From: a bacterium
GTDB lineage: Bacteria; Sumerlaeota; Sumerlaeia; SLMS01
DNA length: 64,000 nucleotides
Reading direction: 5' to 3'
Assembly: GCA_016125005.1 (NCBI GenBank)
Contig: WGMQ01000021.1
Span: 8,312 to 72,311 of the forward strand
Shown here: one piece after another, positions 38,074 to 47,985 of the stretch
Numbering within the stretch: the stretch's first letter is position 1
How the letters are laid out: each line of letters starts with the position of its first letter
Translations under genes and position numbers: made by a program
The notes under the pieces: model-generated
Databases searched by the model: none
Told to the model about the DNA's origin: nothing
Seen by the model: the letters and a program-made list of their open reading frames with translations, nothing else

Positions 38074-40098
38074 TCAGTCAGCCACTTCCGTGATGCGCAC
38101 GGAGGTGCCTGACGAACTTCCGCTCTTCGGATCGACAATGACGATTTCGACCATCTCCCCCTTAACGGGCTCGGAAGGAAGCCCCGCGTCCGTCCCCAAA
38201 TCCGCTTCAATGGTAACAATCCCCGACCCGGGGGCAACGCCAGAGGCCAGCCGCAATGCATCACCCGTCACCGGCTTCCAGAACGACATGCCGGCTTGGG
38301 GGCCGGATAGCGAGACCCGACGGGTGAAGATCCGACAACGGTCGAGCGCAAAGCCCTCCGCCATGACGGCAAACACTACCTTCTGCTTGGACACGACCAC
38401 TCCCTCCCCATTGAGGATCGGTATCACCCGCGTGGCGGTGAAGGCCGACTGACCCGTCGCCGCAACCTCACGGGTTGCGACCAGACCTGCTTGAACCGTC
38501 GCAACGTCCTTGAACGTGGTTCCCGAATTCCCGGAAACCACATCCTTCGCCGGATCAACCTCCTCCTCGAACTTGATCGTTCTCCACATGATCGAGGCAC
38601 GTTGCTCAGAGCCGATTCCTTCACCGCCATGCAGACCGACGCTCACGCGCAGCGCGTTCTCTTTTAGATCGAAGTAGATGAGTCCCACGCGGTCGGGGTT
38701 TGCGATGGTCTCGTCAAAGGTGGGCGGCTCGCTGCGAGGTTGCAGGTGCAACACATCGCGAACATGAACGACGTCACTGTCGTAACCACTGCCGAGCTTT
38801 TGACCATCTCCCAGCACGACCGAGCCGTTGGCAACGATCGAGGCACGGTTGATGGAACTGGCCGTCTCCACCTCTGTCTCAATCCCGAAGTTGACCACGT
38901 TCGAAACCGGTTCGCCACCACCGAGCGCCTCCAGCAGATCCGGAATGTCGTTCGGGGTCTCGGAGACCCGGATGCCGATGCTTGTGGCAATGACTCCGCA
39001 GGGATCGACGAAGGCTGGGACATCGATGCCGTATGCTTCGCGAATGTGCGACCCTTGGCACCTTTCACTGTCGCCGCATAGCCGGGTGGAGGACTGGGTG
39101 AAAAATGGGGATTCCAAGATCACCACGTTGGCCTGCATGGCCGCCACATAGTTGGCGTTCACCCATGAGCCTTCTACCAATGCGACGACACTGTTGCGGG
39201 CTCCCACAACGAAATCCGCATAGCCTGCCCGATTGCTATGGGGCTTGCCGGCGGCCGCCATGAGCCCGGGGATTTCGTAGTCAGTCTTCTTGTTGTCGAG
39301 CCAAACAGTGCTTTGATTGCCATACATGACACGGATGGCCGCAGGGGTTCGCGTCCAGTCCTCGTCCTCCTTGTAGGTGGCGAAGCGCCCGTCAATCGGG
39401 CCGTAGAGAGTGCCACCAGACTCGCTGGCAATCCAGTTCGAACAGGCCAGCGCATTGAGTTCTGCGCCGGAAACGGTGTTCACCCACATTTGGCGCCGTT
39501 CGTTGGTTGATGCGCCCGATTCGAGCGACAGGGGGTTGTGAAATGCCGTGAAGGCCGCAGCCGCGATGCCGACATGATTGTTGTAGTCGTAGATGCTCTG
39601 CCCGCGAGTGGCAATCGAACGACAATCCGCCCCAAAGACATACTTCTGGCTTGTTACCTCAGCTACGGTAGCAAACTTACGTGATAGTCCTGGGCCGGAT
39701 GCAACATTGGAGATAGCAATGAAGTTGCCAGCAGTCTTGAAAATTATCCGATCAGCATAATCGGCGGCTTGGCTGGCATTCCAGAGTGCACCCTCGTAAA
39801 CGGCCTGAGAAGTCAAGGGCGAGTACTCGTTGGGGAAGGGCGATACCGCTGATGTATCGATAAGGGGATTCAGAGCTCGAGATGGGGTGAGCGTAGTGCG
39901 GGCCGCGTTGACGTTCAGTGGGTAACGACTACCAAAAGTCGCCCACTCCCCCTCAATTAGGCGCTGGTTGATGAGGTCCGCAGTCGGCGTGCTGGCGGGA
40001 ATCGGGGTTGGGGTGGGTGCGGGGGTAACGACGGGACAACTGGTCGCCGTGCAGGAGCACGTCTGTCCCAAAATCCTAGATGCCTGCCCCGCCGTCAC
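38074..40098 (-). CDS. large (674 aa) Thr/Ser/Gly-rich protein of unknown function
   Basis: Longest ORF starts at GTG 40098. The in-frame upstream codons (…THTHTQRAKLLLLCLTVTAGQAS…) look like a signal peptide but no canonical start codon is available; see the (GT)7 finding. Confidence 0.45.
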   Translation of the reverse strand: MTAGQASRILGQTCSCTATSCPVVTPAPTPTPIPASTPTADLINQRLIEGEWATFGSRYPLNVNAARTTLTPSRALNPLIDTSAVSPFPNEYSPLTSQAVYEGALWNASQAADYADRIIFKTAGNFIAISNVASGPGLSRKFATVAEVTSQKYVFGADCRSIATRGQSIYDYNNHVGIAAAAFTAFHNPLSLESGASTNERRQMWVNTVSGAELNALACSNWIASESGGTLYGPIDGRFATYKEDEDWTRTPAAIRVMYGNQSTVWLDNKKTDYEIPGLMAAAGKPHSNRAGYADFVVGARNSVVALVEGSWVNANYVAAMQANVVILESPFFTQSSTRLCGDSERCQGSHIREAYGIDVPAFVDPCGVIATSIGIRVSETPNDIPDLLEALGGGEPVSNVVNFGIETEVETASSINRASIVANGSVVLGDGQKLGSGYDSDVVHVRDVLHLQPRSEPPTFDETIANPDRVGLIYFDLKENALRVSVGLHGGEGIGSEQRASIMWRTIKFEEEVDPAKDVVSGNSGTTFKDVATVQAGLVATREVAATGQSAFTATRVIPILNGEGVVVSKQKVVFAVMAEGFALDRCRIFTRRVSLSGPQAGMSFWKPVTGDALRLASGVAPGSGIVTIEADLGTDAGLPSEPVKGEMVEIVIVDPKSGSSSGTSVRITEVAD

Positions 40099-40130
40099 GG
40101 TCAGGCACAGGAGCAGCAGTTTGGCACGCT

Positions 40131-40145
40131 GTGTGTGTGTGTGAG
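40131..40145. repeat. (GT)7 / (CA)7 dinucleotide microsatellite in a divergent intergenic/5' region
   Basis: gtgtgtgtgtgtgtg read directly; in frame it would encode THTHT immediately upstream of the GTG start of the 674-aa ORF. Confidence 0.9.
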
Positions 40146-40280
40146 TCTGGTTCTCACTTGATTAGCCCTCAGAAGCTGAGATCTGTTCAGCACTCGTTCG
40201 ATGACTTGCGCCTGTGCTCCTCGCCGGTCAACAGATTTTTTCCCGATCTAGAAAACGTCCGTTCCGGAGGGAACTCGCGT

Positions 40281-41264
40281 ATGATCCGCTTACGCCCGCT
40301 CTTGACAGTCTGCGGCCTGTTCGTCGGCATGGTGACCTTTCAGATCGGGCTGTCAGGGTGCGGCCGCGTCCAACCGACGGAAACAAAGGAGGAACTTCAC
40401 GCCATGTCGACGGAATGCCGTCAGTTTCACGAGGAACTGGAGCGGGCAGTGATCCGCGCGGAGGAGCAGCACCAATGCCGCATCGGGGTTTCCTTCCGCG
40501 ATCCGGCCCTTCCGTGCGCGGACTTTTCCTATCGCGGTGGCGAACTGTTCCATGCGGCGAGCACCATGAAGGTCCCTGTCATGATCGAGGTCTTCCGCCG
40601 CGTCGATGCGGGCGAGATCTCGCTCAGCGACACGATGACGCTCAATCCCATGTTCCACAGCATGATCGACGACTCGCCCTATGAGGTCGATCCCGCCAAG
40701 CACCTGAAGCCGCGGCTGGGCCACGAGGTGACGGTGCTGGAACTGGTGGAACAGATGATCGTGGTGTCGGACAATCTGGCGACGAACCTGTTGCTGACGC
40801 GGGTCCGCCCCCAACGGGTGACGGCGCTGCTGCGGGAGGCAGGCGTGAAAGATGGCTATATCCTTCGGTGTCTCATGGACATTCCCGCCTACGAATCCGG
40901 TGTTTCGAATCGGCTCACGGCTGATGGCCTGACGCGCCTCATGCAATGGATCGACGAAGGGAAGGCGGCTAGCCCGGAATCCTGCCGCGAGATGGAGCGC
41001 ATCCTGGAGGCGCAGGAGTACCGGGACTGCATTCCGGCGGGCGTGGGGCCCAAGGCGCGGGTCGGCAACAAGACGGGATCGATCAGCGGCGTGGCGCACG
41101 ACACGGCGATCGTCCACGACGCGGCGGGGGTGTATTACCTGACGATCATGACCGATGGACTGAAGGAAGGAAAGAAGGGGTGCGATGTGATCGCCCCGCT
41201 TGCACAGCTGATCCATCAAGAACGACTGCGGCTGGCAGCACAAGGCCACCAGCCGCAGTCGTAG
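40281..41264 (+). CDS. class A beta-lactamase-like serine hydrolase lipoprotein
   Basis: GGAGGGAA Shine-Dalgarno, then MIRLRPLLTVCGLFVGMVTFQIGLSGCG (lipobox). S-x-x-K (STMK), SDN and KTG motifs in the canonical class-A order. Confidence 0.7.
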   Translation: MIRLRPLLTVCGLFVGMVTFQIGLSGCGRVQPTETKEELHAMSTECRQFHEELERAVIRAEEQHQCRIGVSFRDPALPCADFSYRGGELFHAASTMKVPVMIEVFRRVDAGEISLSDTMTLNPMFHSMIDDSPYEVDPAKHLKPRLGHEVTVLELVEQMIVVSDNLATNLLLTRVRPQRVTALLREAGVKDGYILRCLMDIPAYESGVSNRLTADGLTRLMQWIDEGKAASPESCREMERILEAQEYRDCIPAGVGPKARVGNKTGSISGVAHDTAIVHDAAGVYYLTIMTDGLKEGKKGCDVIAPLAQLIHQERLRLAAQGHQPQS

Positions 41265-41292
41265 GGGTAACGGTTGTCATTACCAGCGATGA

Positions 41293-41502
41293 TTAGCCCT
41301 GAGCGGGGGGCACGTTGCTGGCCTGCTTGCCCTTCGGACCATCGACCTCGTCGTAGGAGACACGCTGGCCTTCCTTGAGGGTGCGAAAGCCGGAGATGTT
41401 GATCTGGGTGTGGTGAACGAAAAGATCACCCCCCTTGTCGTCTGGGGCGATGAATCCAAAGCCCTTCTGATCGTTGAACCACTTAACGGTGCCAGTCTTC
41501 AT
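41293..41502 (-). CDS. cspA: cold-shock protein
   Basis: MKTGTVKWFNDQKGFGFI...VHH, with RNP1 and RNP2 motifs of the CspA family. Confidence 0.9.
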   Translation of the reverse strand: MKTGTVKWFNDQKGFGFIAPDDKGGDLFVHHTQINISGFRTLKEGQRVSYDEVDGPKGKQASNVPPAQG

Positions 41503-41823
41503 TCTCGTCTAGCCTTTTCCTTGCTGCGGTACGGCGCACACCTGCTGTCAGCCAACATCTCGCGCAAGGTAGGGAACTTTTTCGAGAGAGTGCCGAATCA
41601 AACCAGTTGAGTCGCTCATGTCCGTGATCGCCAAAGTGCCACGGTGTTGTCAATGCCAGAGAGCAGATGATGCAAGTTTCTTTGCGGGACGGTTCCGTTG
41701 CCGTGATCCTGCGTCACTGGGCCTTGCCCCGAGTTTCTTTGCGGGGTCGGTCGACAAGTCCTTGAACCACTGAGGTCACGGCCTCCACGCTGGCCGTAGC
41801 GAATCCACTCCCGCCAGGTCCCC

Positions 41824-43155
41824 GTGAAGAAGCTGCTGCTGATCGCCTACGATTTTCCGCCGTCCTCGCTGGGCATCTGGCGCACGCTGAAGTTTTGCCG
41901 CTACATGGGCGAGTTCGGCTGGCATCCGAGCATCCTCACGGTGCGGCCAGTGCGCAGCCCGCGGCATGACATGGGGCCGATGAGTGAGCTTCCTTCGGGC
42001 ATTGAGGTGCGCCGCACCCACTCGCTCGATACGAACCGTCTGGCCTGGATGGCGTCGCAGGCGCTGGCCCGCGTACGCGGGCGCTCCCCCGCATCCGCTG
42101 CGCCGCGCGGCAAGGCCGCGGCGCGCTCGACTTTCGGACCGGGGCGAGCCGTGATGGACGTGCTGCGTTCCTGGCTACTGATTCCCGACGATCGCGCTGG
42201 CTGGTATCCGTTCGCCTTGGCCGAGGGCCGGCGCTGGCTGCGGCAGGAGCGCTTCGACGCCATTTACTCCACCTGCTATCCGCACACGGCCCATGTGGTC
42301 GGTGAACGCTTGGCGCGCGAATCGGGCCTGCCATTTCTTGCCGATTTCCGGGACATCTGGATCGGGAGCTACGTCTTCTATCATCCCGCAACAGCGTGGC
42401 ATGACCGGCTCCAGCGGAATCTGGAACGTCGCGTCGTGAGCCGCGCGGCCCGCGTGGTCACGGCGACCGATCCGATCACGACCGACTTCCGCGAGCGCTA
42501 CCCGGACCTGCCCCCGGAGCGCTTCGCGACCATCACCAACGGCTTCGACACGGGGGATTTCACGTCGCTGCCGGTCAAGCCGGACACGGACCATTTCACG
42601 ATCACCTTCACCGGGACGCTGTTCGGCTCCGCGTCGCCGCGTTCGTACTTCGAGGCGATCGCGCGGGTACTGACCGAGACGCCGCGCTGGCGCGACGCCC
42701 TTCGGCTGCGCTTCGCTGGCTCGATGATCGAGCCCTTCCGCGCCATGATCGGCGAGTTCGGTCTCGACGCGATCACGCGCGTGGACGCCTACCTGCCGCA
42801 CGACGAAGCGCTGACGCTCATGGCCGAGGCGGATGCCTTGCTGCTCATCGTGCCGCCCACGCCGGGGAGCCACATCATGCTGACGCAGAAGGTCTTCGAG
42901 TACGTCGCCGCGCGCCGCCCGGTGCTGGGCCTGGTGCCGGATGGGGCCGCCCGCGATTTCCTTCGCGAGATCGGCGAAGGCACGGTCGTCGACCCCGACG
43001 ACGTGGCCGGAATCGCTGCGGCCATCACGGCCATGCTGTCCGAGTGGGAACGCGCCGGTCGCAAGACGCTGGGAGACAACCCACGGCTGAATCGCTACAC
43101 GCGGCGAGAGCTGACACGCCAACTCTGTACGGAACTGGACGAGATTGCCAAGTGA
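41824..43155 (+). CDS. glycosyltransferase, GT4 (group 1) family
   Basis: GTG start; GT-B fold with C-terminal E-x7-E-like region (VFEYVAARRPVLG) typical of GT4. Confidence 0.65.
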   Translation: MKKLLLIAYDFPPSSLGIWRTLKFCRYMGEFGWHPSILTVRPVRSPRHDMGPMSELPSGIEVRRTHSLDTNRLAWMASQALARVRGRSPASAAPRGKAAARSTFGPGRAVMDVLRSWLLIPDDRAGWYPFALAEGRRWLRQERFDAIYSTCYPHTAHVVGERLARESGLPFLADFRDIWIGSYVFYHPATAWHDRLQRNLERRVVSRAARVVTATDPITTDFRERYPDLPPERFATITNGFDTGDFTSLPVKPDTDHFTITFTGTLFGSASPRSYFEAIARVLTETPRWRDALRLRFAGSMIEPFRAMIGEFGLDAITRVDAYLPHDEALTLMAEADALLLIVPPTPGSHIMLTQKVFEYVAARRPVLGLVPDGAARDFLREIGEGTVVDPDDVAGIAAAITAMLSEWERAGRKTLGDNPRLNRYTRRELTRQLCTELDEIAK

Positions 43156-43192
43156 AGTGGTGGGCCGGAGGCAACTCCGGCCCACGCCTCCA

Positions 43193-43543
43193 TCAGATCG
43201 GGTCAGGCAGGGGCCGCAGCGGGCGGATCTCGACCGTGCCCTTCTCTGCCGGGGGAAGCCGCCGCGCGATGGCGATGGCCTCGTCCAGGTTCTCCACATC
43301 GACGATGTAGTAGCCACCCAGTTGCTCGACGGTTTCCGCGAAGGGGCCGTCGGTCACCTGTTGCCGACCGTTGCGCACCCGCACGCTGGTGGCCACGGCG
43401 ACAGAGTGCAGCGGTGAGGCGGAGACCAGCTTCCCCTCGCCCGCCAGCTCATCGCAGATCGCCATGGACTTCCTCATGCAGGCAACGTGCTCATCCGGCG
43501 TCCAGGTGCTCTCGTCGCCGTAGATCAGGAGCATGTACTTCAT
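43193..43543 (-). CDS. YciI-like (DGPF domain, COG3795) protein
   Basis: MKYMLLIYGDE...TDGPFAETVEQLGGYYI; start taken at the ATG giving MKYMLLIY; it overlaps the upstream stop (TAATG). Confidence 0.7.
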   Translation of the reverse strand: MKYMLLIYGDESTWTPDEHVACMRKSMAICDELAGEGKLVSASPLHSVAVATSVRVRNGRQQVTDGPFAETVEQLGGYYIVDVENLDEAIAIARRLPPAEKGTVEIRPLRPLPDPI

Positions 43544-44409
43544 TACTTGCAACCCCCATCGGGGGCCGTTTCGCCTTCGACCATCACCATCCAGCCGAGG
43601 CCGAACTTGTCGGTGACCTGACCGTAGAGGGGCGACCAGAAGGTCTTCATCAGGGGCATGTCCACCTTGCCGCCCTCCGCCAGAGCGTTAAAGGCCAGAT
43701 TGGCCTCGGATACTCCCTTGACCGTGAGGCTGAGGCGGAATCCGGAGAAATTGCTCACATCATTACAGCCGTCCGAGGCCATGACCACGAGCTTGCCGAT
43801 GCGGAGGGAAGCATGCATGATCTTCTTCTCGAAGCCGGCCGGCAGCATCCCAGCGGGGATGGGATCGGGGCTCTGGTCAAAGCGCAGGACCATCTCGACG
43901 CGTGCCCCAAGGGCCTTCTTGTAGAACTCGATCGCCTCCTCGCAGCAGCCGCCGAAGAACAGGTACGGAGAAGTGGCAGCGTTTTGCAGGGCGATGATGT
44001 CGCGAAGACCCTCTTCCTCCTTCACGAACTTGCCGCTCGGGTCCCACTGGGCGAAGTCCTCGACCTCGTAGAACGGCCGAATCTCGATATCGGACTCCTC
44101 CTCCATCATGGGGTTGGGGCAGCGCTTCACCCATTCGATGGCCTCTTCCATCGACTTCACTTCCCAGAGCCAATAGCCCGCGACCAGTTCCTTGGTCTCG
44201 GTGAAGGGACCGTTGATCAGGGTGCGATCCTTGCCGGAGAATCGGATCCGGACGCCCTGGGAGCTGGGCTTCAGTCCGTCGCCGGACTGCATGATCCCTG
44301 CCTTGACCAACTCCTCGTTGAACTTGCCCATTTCTTCCATCAGTTCCTTGGTCGGCGGGACGCCTGCCTCGGACCCAGCGCTCGCCTTCACCATGACCAT
44401 CACTCGCAT
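43543..44409 (-). CDS. YciI-like (DGPF) domain fused to a VOC/glyoxalase (PhnB-like) domain
   Basis: N-terminal MVMVKASAGSE...INGPFTETKELVAGYWL (YciI-like); C-terminal FFGGCCEEAIEFYKKALGA...HASLRIGKLVVMASD (VOC fold). Confidence 0.65.
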   Translation of the reverse strand: MRVMVMVKASAGSEAGVPPTKELMEEMGKFNEELVKAGIMQSGDGLKPSSQGVRIRFSGKDRTLINGPFTETKELVAGYWLWEVKSMEEAIEWVKRCPNPMMEEESDIEIRPFYEVEDFAQWDPSGKFVKEEEGLRDIIALQNAATSPYLFFGGCCEEAIEFYKKALGARVEMVLRFDQSPDPIPAGMLPAGFEKKIMHASLRIGKLVVMASDGCNDVSNFSGFRLSLTVKGVSEANLAFNALAEGGKVDMPLMKTFWSPLYGQVTDKFGLGWMVMVEGETAPDGGCK

Positions 44410-44521
44410 TGTCCTTCTCCTTTTTTCAGGCCTGCGCGGCCTCGTTTTGTTGGTGCCTCGTCAAGTGATCGATTGGCGAGACCTGAAATCGACACGGTGC
44501 GAAGAAAAAAAAACTGTCGGG

Positions 44522-45778
44522 CTATTCCACGGTGGCAAGTTCCTCGATGCGGCGGCGCAGCAGACGGCGCTCGGGTTCCTGCTGGGAAAGCTCCAGCGCT
44601 CGTCCGAAAGCCTCCGCCGCCTGCACTTTCTCCCCCGCCCGGCGGAGCAACTCGCCGCGGGCCGCGTGGGCGAAATGATAGTCCACCAGCTCGCCCCGCG
44701 CGAGCAAGGCATCGATCTCGGCCAGCCCCGCCGCCGGGCCATCGCGCATGGCGAGCGCCACCGCGCGATTGAGCGCCACCACCGGCGACGGGTCGGCTTC
44801 CAGCAGGACCGTGTAGAGCGCCACGATCTGCGCCCAGTCCGTGCGGTCCGCCGTCCGGGCCTCCGCGTGGACGGCCGAGATAGCCGCCTGGATCGTATAG
44901 ACACCGAAGCTACGGCTGGCGAGTGCCCGTCGCACCAGAACAATGCCTTCGGCGATCAGCTCGCGATCCCAAAGTGCGCGGTCCTGATCCTCCAGCAACA
45001 CGATGTCGCCGTCGCCATTCGACCGCGCGACGCGGCGCGATTCGTGGAGGAGCATGAGCGCGAGCAATCCCATGACTTCGGGATCGGGATGCAGTTCGAG
45101 GAGCAGGCGACCGAGGCGAATGGCCTCGCCACTTAGATCCGCGCGGGTGTGGGACTCGCCCGATGACGCGCAATAGCCCTCGTTGAAGATCAGGTACACC
45201 ACGGCGAGGACCGCATCGAGCCGGTCCGGAAGGTCATCCAGCGACGGGATCGTGTAGGGAATTCGCGCGTCCCGAATCTTGGCCTTTCCGCGTACGATCC
45301 GCTGGGCCATGGCGCTGGGCGAGGTCAGGAATGCGCTGGCGATTTCCTCCGTGGTCAGGCCGCAGACCTCGCGCAGGGTCAGCGGAACCTGTACCTTCGG
45401 GTCGATGGCCGGGTGGCAACAGGTGAAGATCAGCCGCAACCGGTCGTCCTGAATGTCGCGCTCCGCAAGGGACAGATTGGCCGCCTCGATTTCATCGGCG
45501 CGCCGCAGCAACTCAGACTGAAGCCCATCGAGCCGGGAGCTCCGACGCATCAGGTCGATGGCCTTGAAACGCCCCGTCGACACAAGCCACGCCACGGGAT
45601 TGGCCGGAATGCCGTCGCGACGCCAGGTCTCCACCGCCGCTGCGAAGGCCTCGTGAGACGCCTCCTCGGCCAAGTCGAAGTCTCCGAGGATACGCACCAG
45701 GGTGGCGAACACCTTGCCGGAGTCCTCACGGTAGATCCGCGCCAGTTCTCGCTCGGTGGTGTCGTTGTGAGCATTCAC
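44522..45778 (-). CDS. ECF sigma factor with long C-terminal TPR-like extension (COG4941 type)
   Basis: Start set at GTG 45778 (AAGGAG upstream) giving [45 protein letters not shown]; sigma regions 2 and 4, then about 200 aa of helical repeats. This family is known to neighbour YciI-like genes. Confidence 0.75.
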   Translation of the reverse strand: MNAHNDTTERELARIYREDSGKVFATLVRILGDFDLAEEASHEAFAAAVETWRRDGIPANPVAWLVSTGRFKAIDLMRRSSRLDGLQSELLRRADEIEAANLSLAERDIQDDRLRLIFTCCHPAIDPKVQVPLTLREVCGLTTEEIASAFLTSPSAMAQRIVRGKAKIRDARIPYTIPSLDDLPDRLDAVLAVVYLIFNEGYCASSGESHTRADLSGEAIRLGRLLLELHPDPEVMGLLALMLLHESRRVARSNGDGDIVLLEDQDRALWDRELIAEGIVLVRRALASRSFGVYTIQAAISAVHAEARTADRTDWAQIVALYTVLLEADPSPVVALNRAVALAMRDGPAAGLAEIDALLARGELVDYHFAHAARGELLRRAGEKVQAAEAFGRALELSQQEPERRLLRRRIEELATVE

Positions 45779-46133
45779 TTGCCTTGATTGGCTCCTTCGG
45801 GGATCGCCCGGGATTTGCCGCTGGAGAACGACTCCGGGCAAGTGATGTTTGGGGCTGGAGAGTGCAGGCTCGGGCACCGCGCTTGCATGGAGAAAAGTCA
45901 GCGGAGGGGGGTTGATTCTAGTTGCATGTTTCGATCAACTTCGACGAGGCTTGGACTGCTAACGGGCTTTAGTGAGGCAATTCTCCCAAAGACCCGTTTG
46001 CTCTTGAGCCAACGCACCCGATGTGGGTTGCTCGTGAGGTTGCCAAGGGGGGGACCCGGTCGCGAATATCCTCCGCTCCCAACCGAAGCAGGCCCGAGCA
46101 CCCAAGGGACAGAGAGAGTAAAATAACCCGCCA

Positions 46134-47930
46134 ATGATGGGCTTCAACCCGCAAAACCCGATGATTGTCCAGGGAGATATGTCAATCTTCCTGGAGACCA
46201 ACAACCCTCTGTACACAGAGGTGCGCGACGTACTGGCGCGCTTTGCGGAACTGGAGAAAAGCCCCGACTATGTACACACCTACCGCATCACGCCGCTGAG
46301 CCTGTGGAACGCTGCATCGAGCGGGATGAAGGTGGACGAAATCTGCGATGCACTCCTGAAGTACTCGAAGTACCCGGTGCCCGAGGGCGTCATGGTGCGC
46401 GTCAGGGACCAGGCGAGCCGCTATGGCCAGTTGAAGCTGGTCAAGAAGGACGGGATGCTGGTGCTGGTCGGCCCCGACAAGCCCACGATGGTGCAGATTC
46501 AGCGGTTCAAGCAGGTCAAACCGCTGCTCAAGCGCCAGATTGACGCGACGAGCTTCGAGATCGATGAGGAGAACCGCGGCCTTCTGAAGCAGGCCCTGAT
46601 CAAGGTTGAGTTCCCCGTCGAGGATTTGGCGGGCTATGTTGATGGCGCACCGCTTGCGGTGGAACTGCGCGAGCAGCGTTTGGCGGGGAAGCCCTTCTCG
46701 CTGCGCAGCTACCAGCAGGATGCCGCCGAGATCTTCTACGCATCCGGTGGGGTGACCGGCGGCAGCGGCGTGCTCGTGCTCCCCTGCGGCGCGGGAAAGA
46801 CCGTCATCGGCATCGCCTCCATGTCGAAGGTGAAGCAGAAGACCCTCATCCTGACGACCAACATCACGGCGCTGCGCCAGTGGCGCACCGAGATTCTGGA
46901 CAAGACAACGCTCACCCCGGAGGAGGTCGGCGAGTACTCGGGCGAAGTGAAGGAAATCCGCCCGGTCACCGTTACCACCTACCAGCTGCTGACCTTCCGC
47001 AAGAAGAAGGGGGACGATTTCCTCCACATGGAAATCTTCAATGCGGAGAACTGGGGCCTGATCATCTACGACGAGGTTCACATGCTGCCGGCGCCCATTT
47101 TCCGCTCGGTCGCCAATATCCAGGCGCGCCGCCGCCTCGGACTGACGGCCACGCTGGTGCGCGAGGACGAGATGGAGGAGGACGTGTTCTCCCTCATCGG
47201 CCCGAAGAAGTTCGACGTGCCGTGGAAGAGTCTGGAATCGCAGGGCTGGATCGCGCGGGCCGAGTGCATCGAAGTCCGCGTTCCACTCCCACAGGCCATG
47301 CGCATGGAGTTCGCCACCTCCGACCAGCGGATCCAGTTCCGCCTGGCCTCGGAGAATCCGCTCAAGCTGACGATCATCCACCGCCTGATCAAGAAGCACA
47401 GCGACGACAATATCCTGATCATCGGCCAGTATCTGGACCAACTGGACCTGCTGAGCCGCGAGTTCAACGCCCCCATCATCACGGGCAAGACACCGAACAA
47501 GGAACGCGAGGAGATCTATGCCGCGTTCAAGAAGAAGACTCACAAGATCCTGATCGTCTCGAAGGTGGCAAACTTCGCCATCGACCTGCCGGACGCCAAT
47601 GTGGCGATCCAGGTTTCGGGCACGTTCGGATCACGCCAGGAAGAAGCCCAGCGCCTCGGTCGGGTGCTGCGCCCGAAGGGCGATGGCATCGAGAATATCG
47701 CCCACTTCTACTCCCTCACGACCAAGGACACCAGCGAGCAGGAGTTCGCCAACAAGCGGCAGCGCTTCCTGGCGGAGCAGGGGTACAGCTACAAGATCGA
47801 GTTCGAGGAACTGACCGACGCCGATGAGAAGACGGCAGGTCAACTGTGGGAGGACATGAAGTCGCGTCTGCTTGCCCCCACGAACGAGGACGATGAACCT
47901 GCGGCTGTGCAACCGGCCGCCACCAAGTAA
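46134..47930 (+). CDS. XPB/ERCC3-type SF2 DNA repair helicase (bacterial XPB)
   Basis: N-terminal damage-recognition-like domain, Walker A LPCGAGKT, DEVH box (IIYDEVHMLP), RED motif (TATLVREDE) and helicase C-terminal domain motifs. Confidence 0.85.
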   Translation: MMGFNPQNPMIVQGDMSIFLETNNPLYTEVRDVLARFAELEKSPDYVHTYRITPLSLWNAASSGMKVDEICDALLKYSKYPVPEGVMVRVRDQASRYGQLKLVKKDGMLVLVGPDKPTMVQIQRFKQVKPLLKRQIDATSFEIDEENRGLLKQALIKVEFPVEDLAGYVDGAPLAVELREQRLAGKPFSLRSYQQDAAEIFYASGGVTGGSGVLVLPCGAGKTVIGIASMSKVKQKTLILTTNITALRQWRTEILDKTTLTPEEVGEYSGEVKEIRPVTVTTYQLLTFRKKKGDDFLHMEIFNAENWGLIIYDEVHMLPAPIFRSVANIQARRRLGLTATLVREDEMEEDVFSLIGPKKFDVPWKSLESQGWIARAECIEVRVPLPQAMRMEFATSDQRIQFRLASENPLKLTIIHRLIKKHSDDNILIIGQYLDQLDLLSREFNAPIITGKTPNKEREEIYAAFKKKTHKILIVSKVANFAIDLPDANVAIQVSGTFGSRQEEAQRLGRVLRPKGDGIENIAHFYSLTTKDTSEQEFANKRQRFLAEQGYSYKIEFEELTDADEKTAGQLWEDMKSRLLAPTNEDDEPAAVQPAATK

Positions 47931-47985
47931 CGGCTAACAGCCACGCCAGGCATGACCACGGAGACCCGCCCACAGAGGGCACTTT

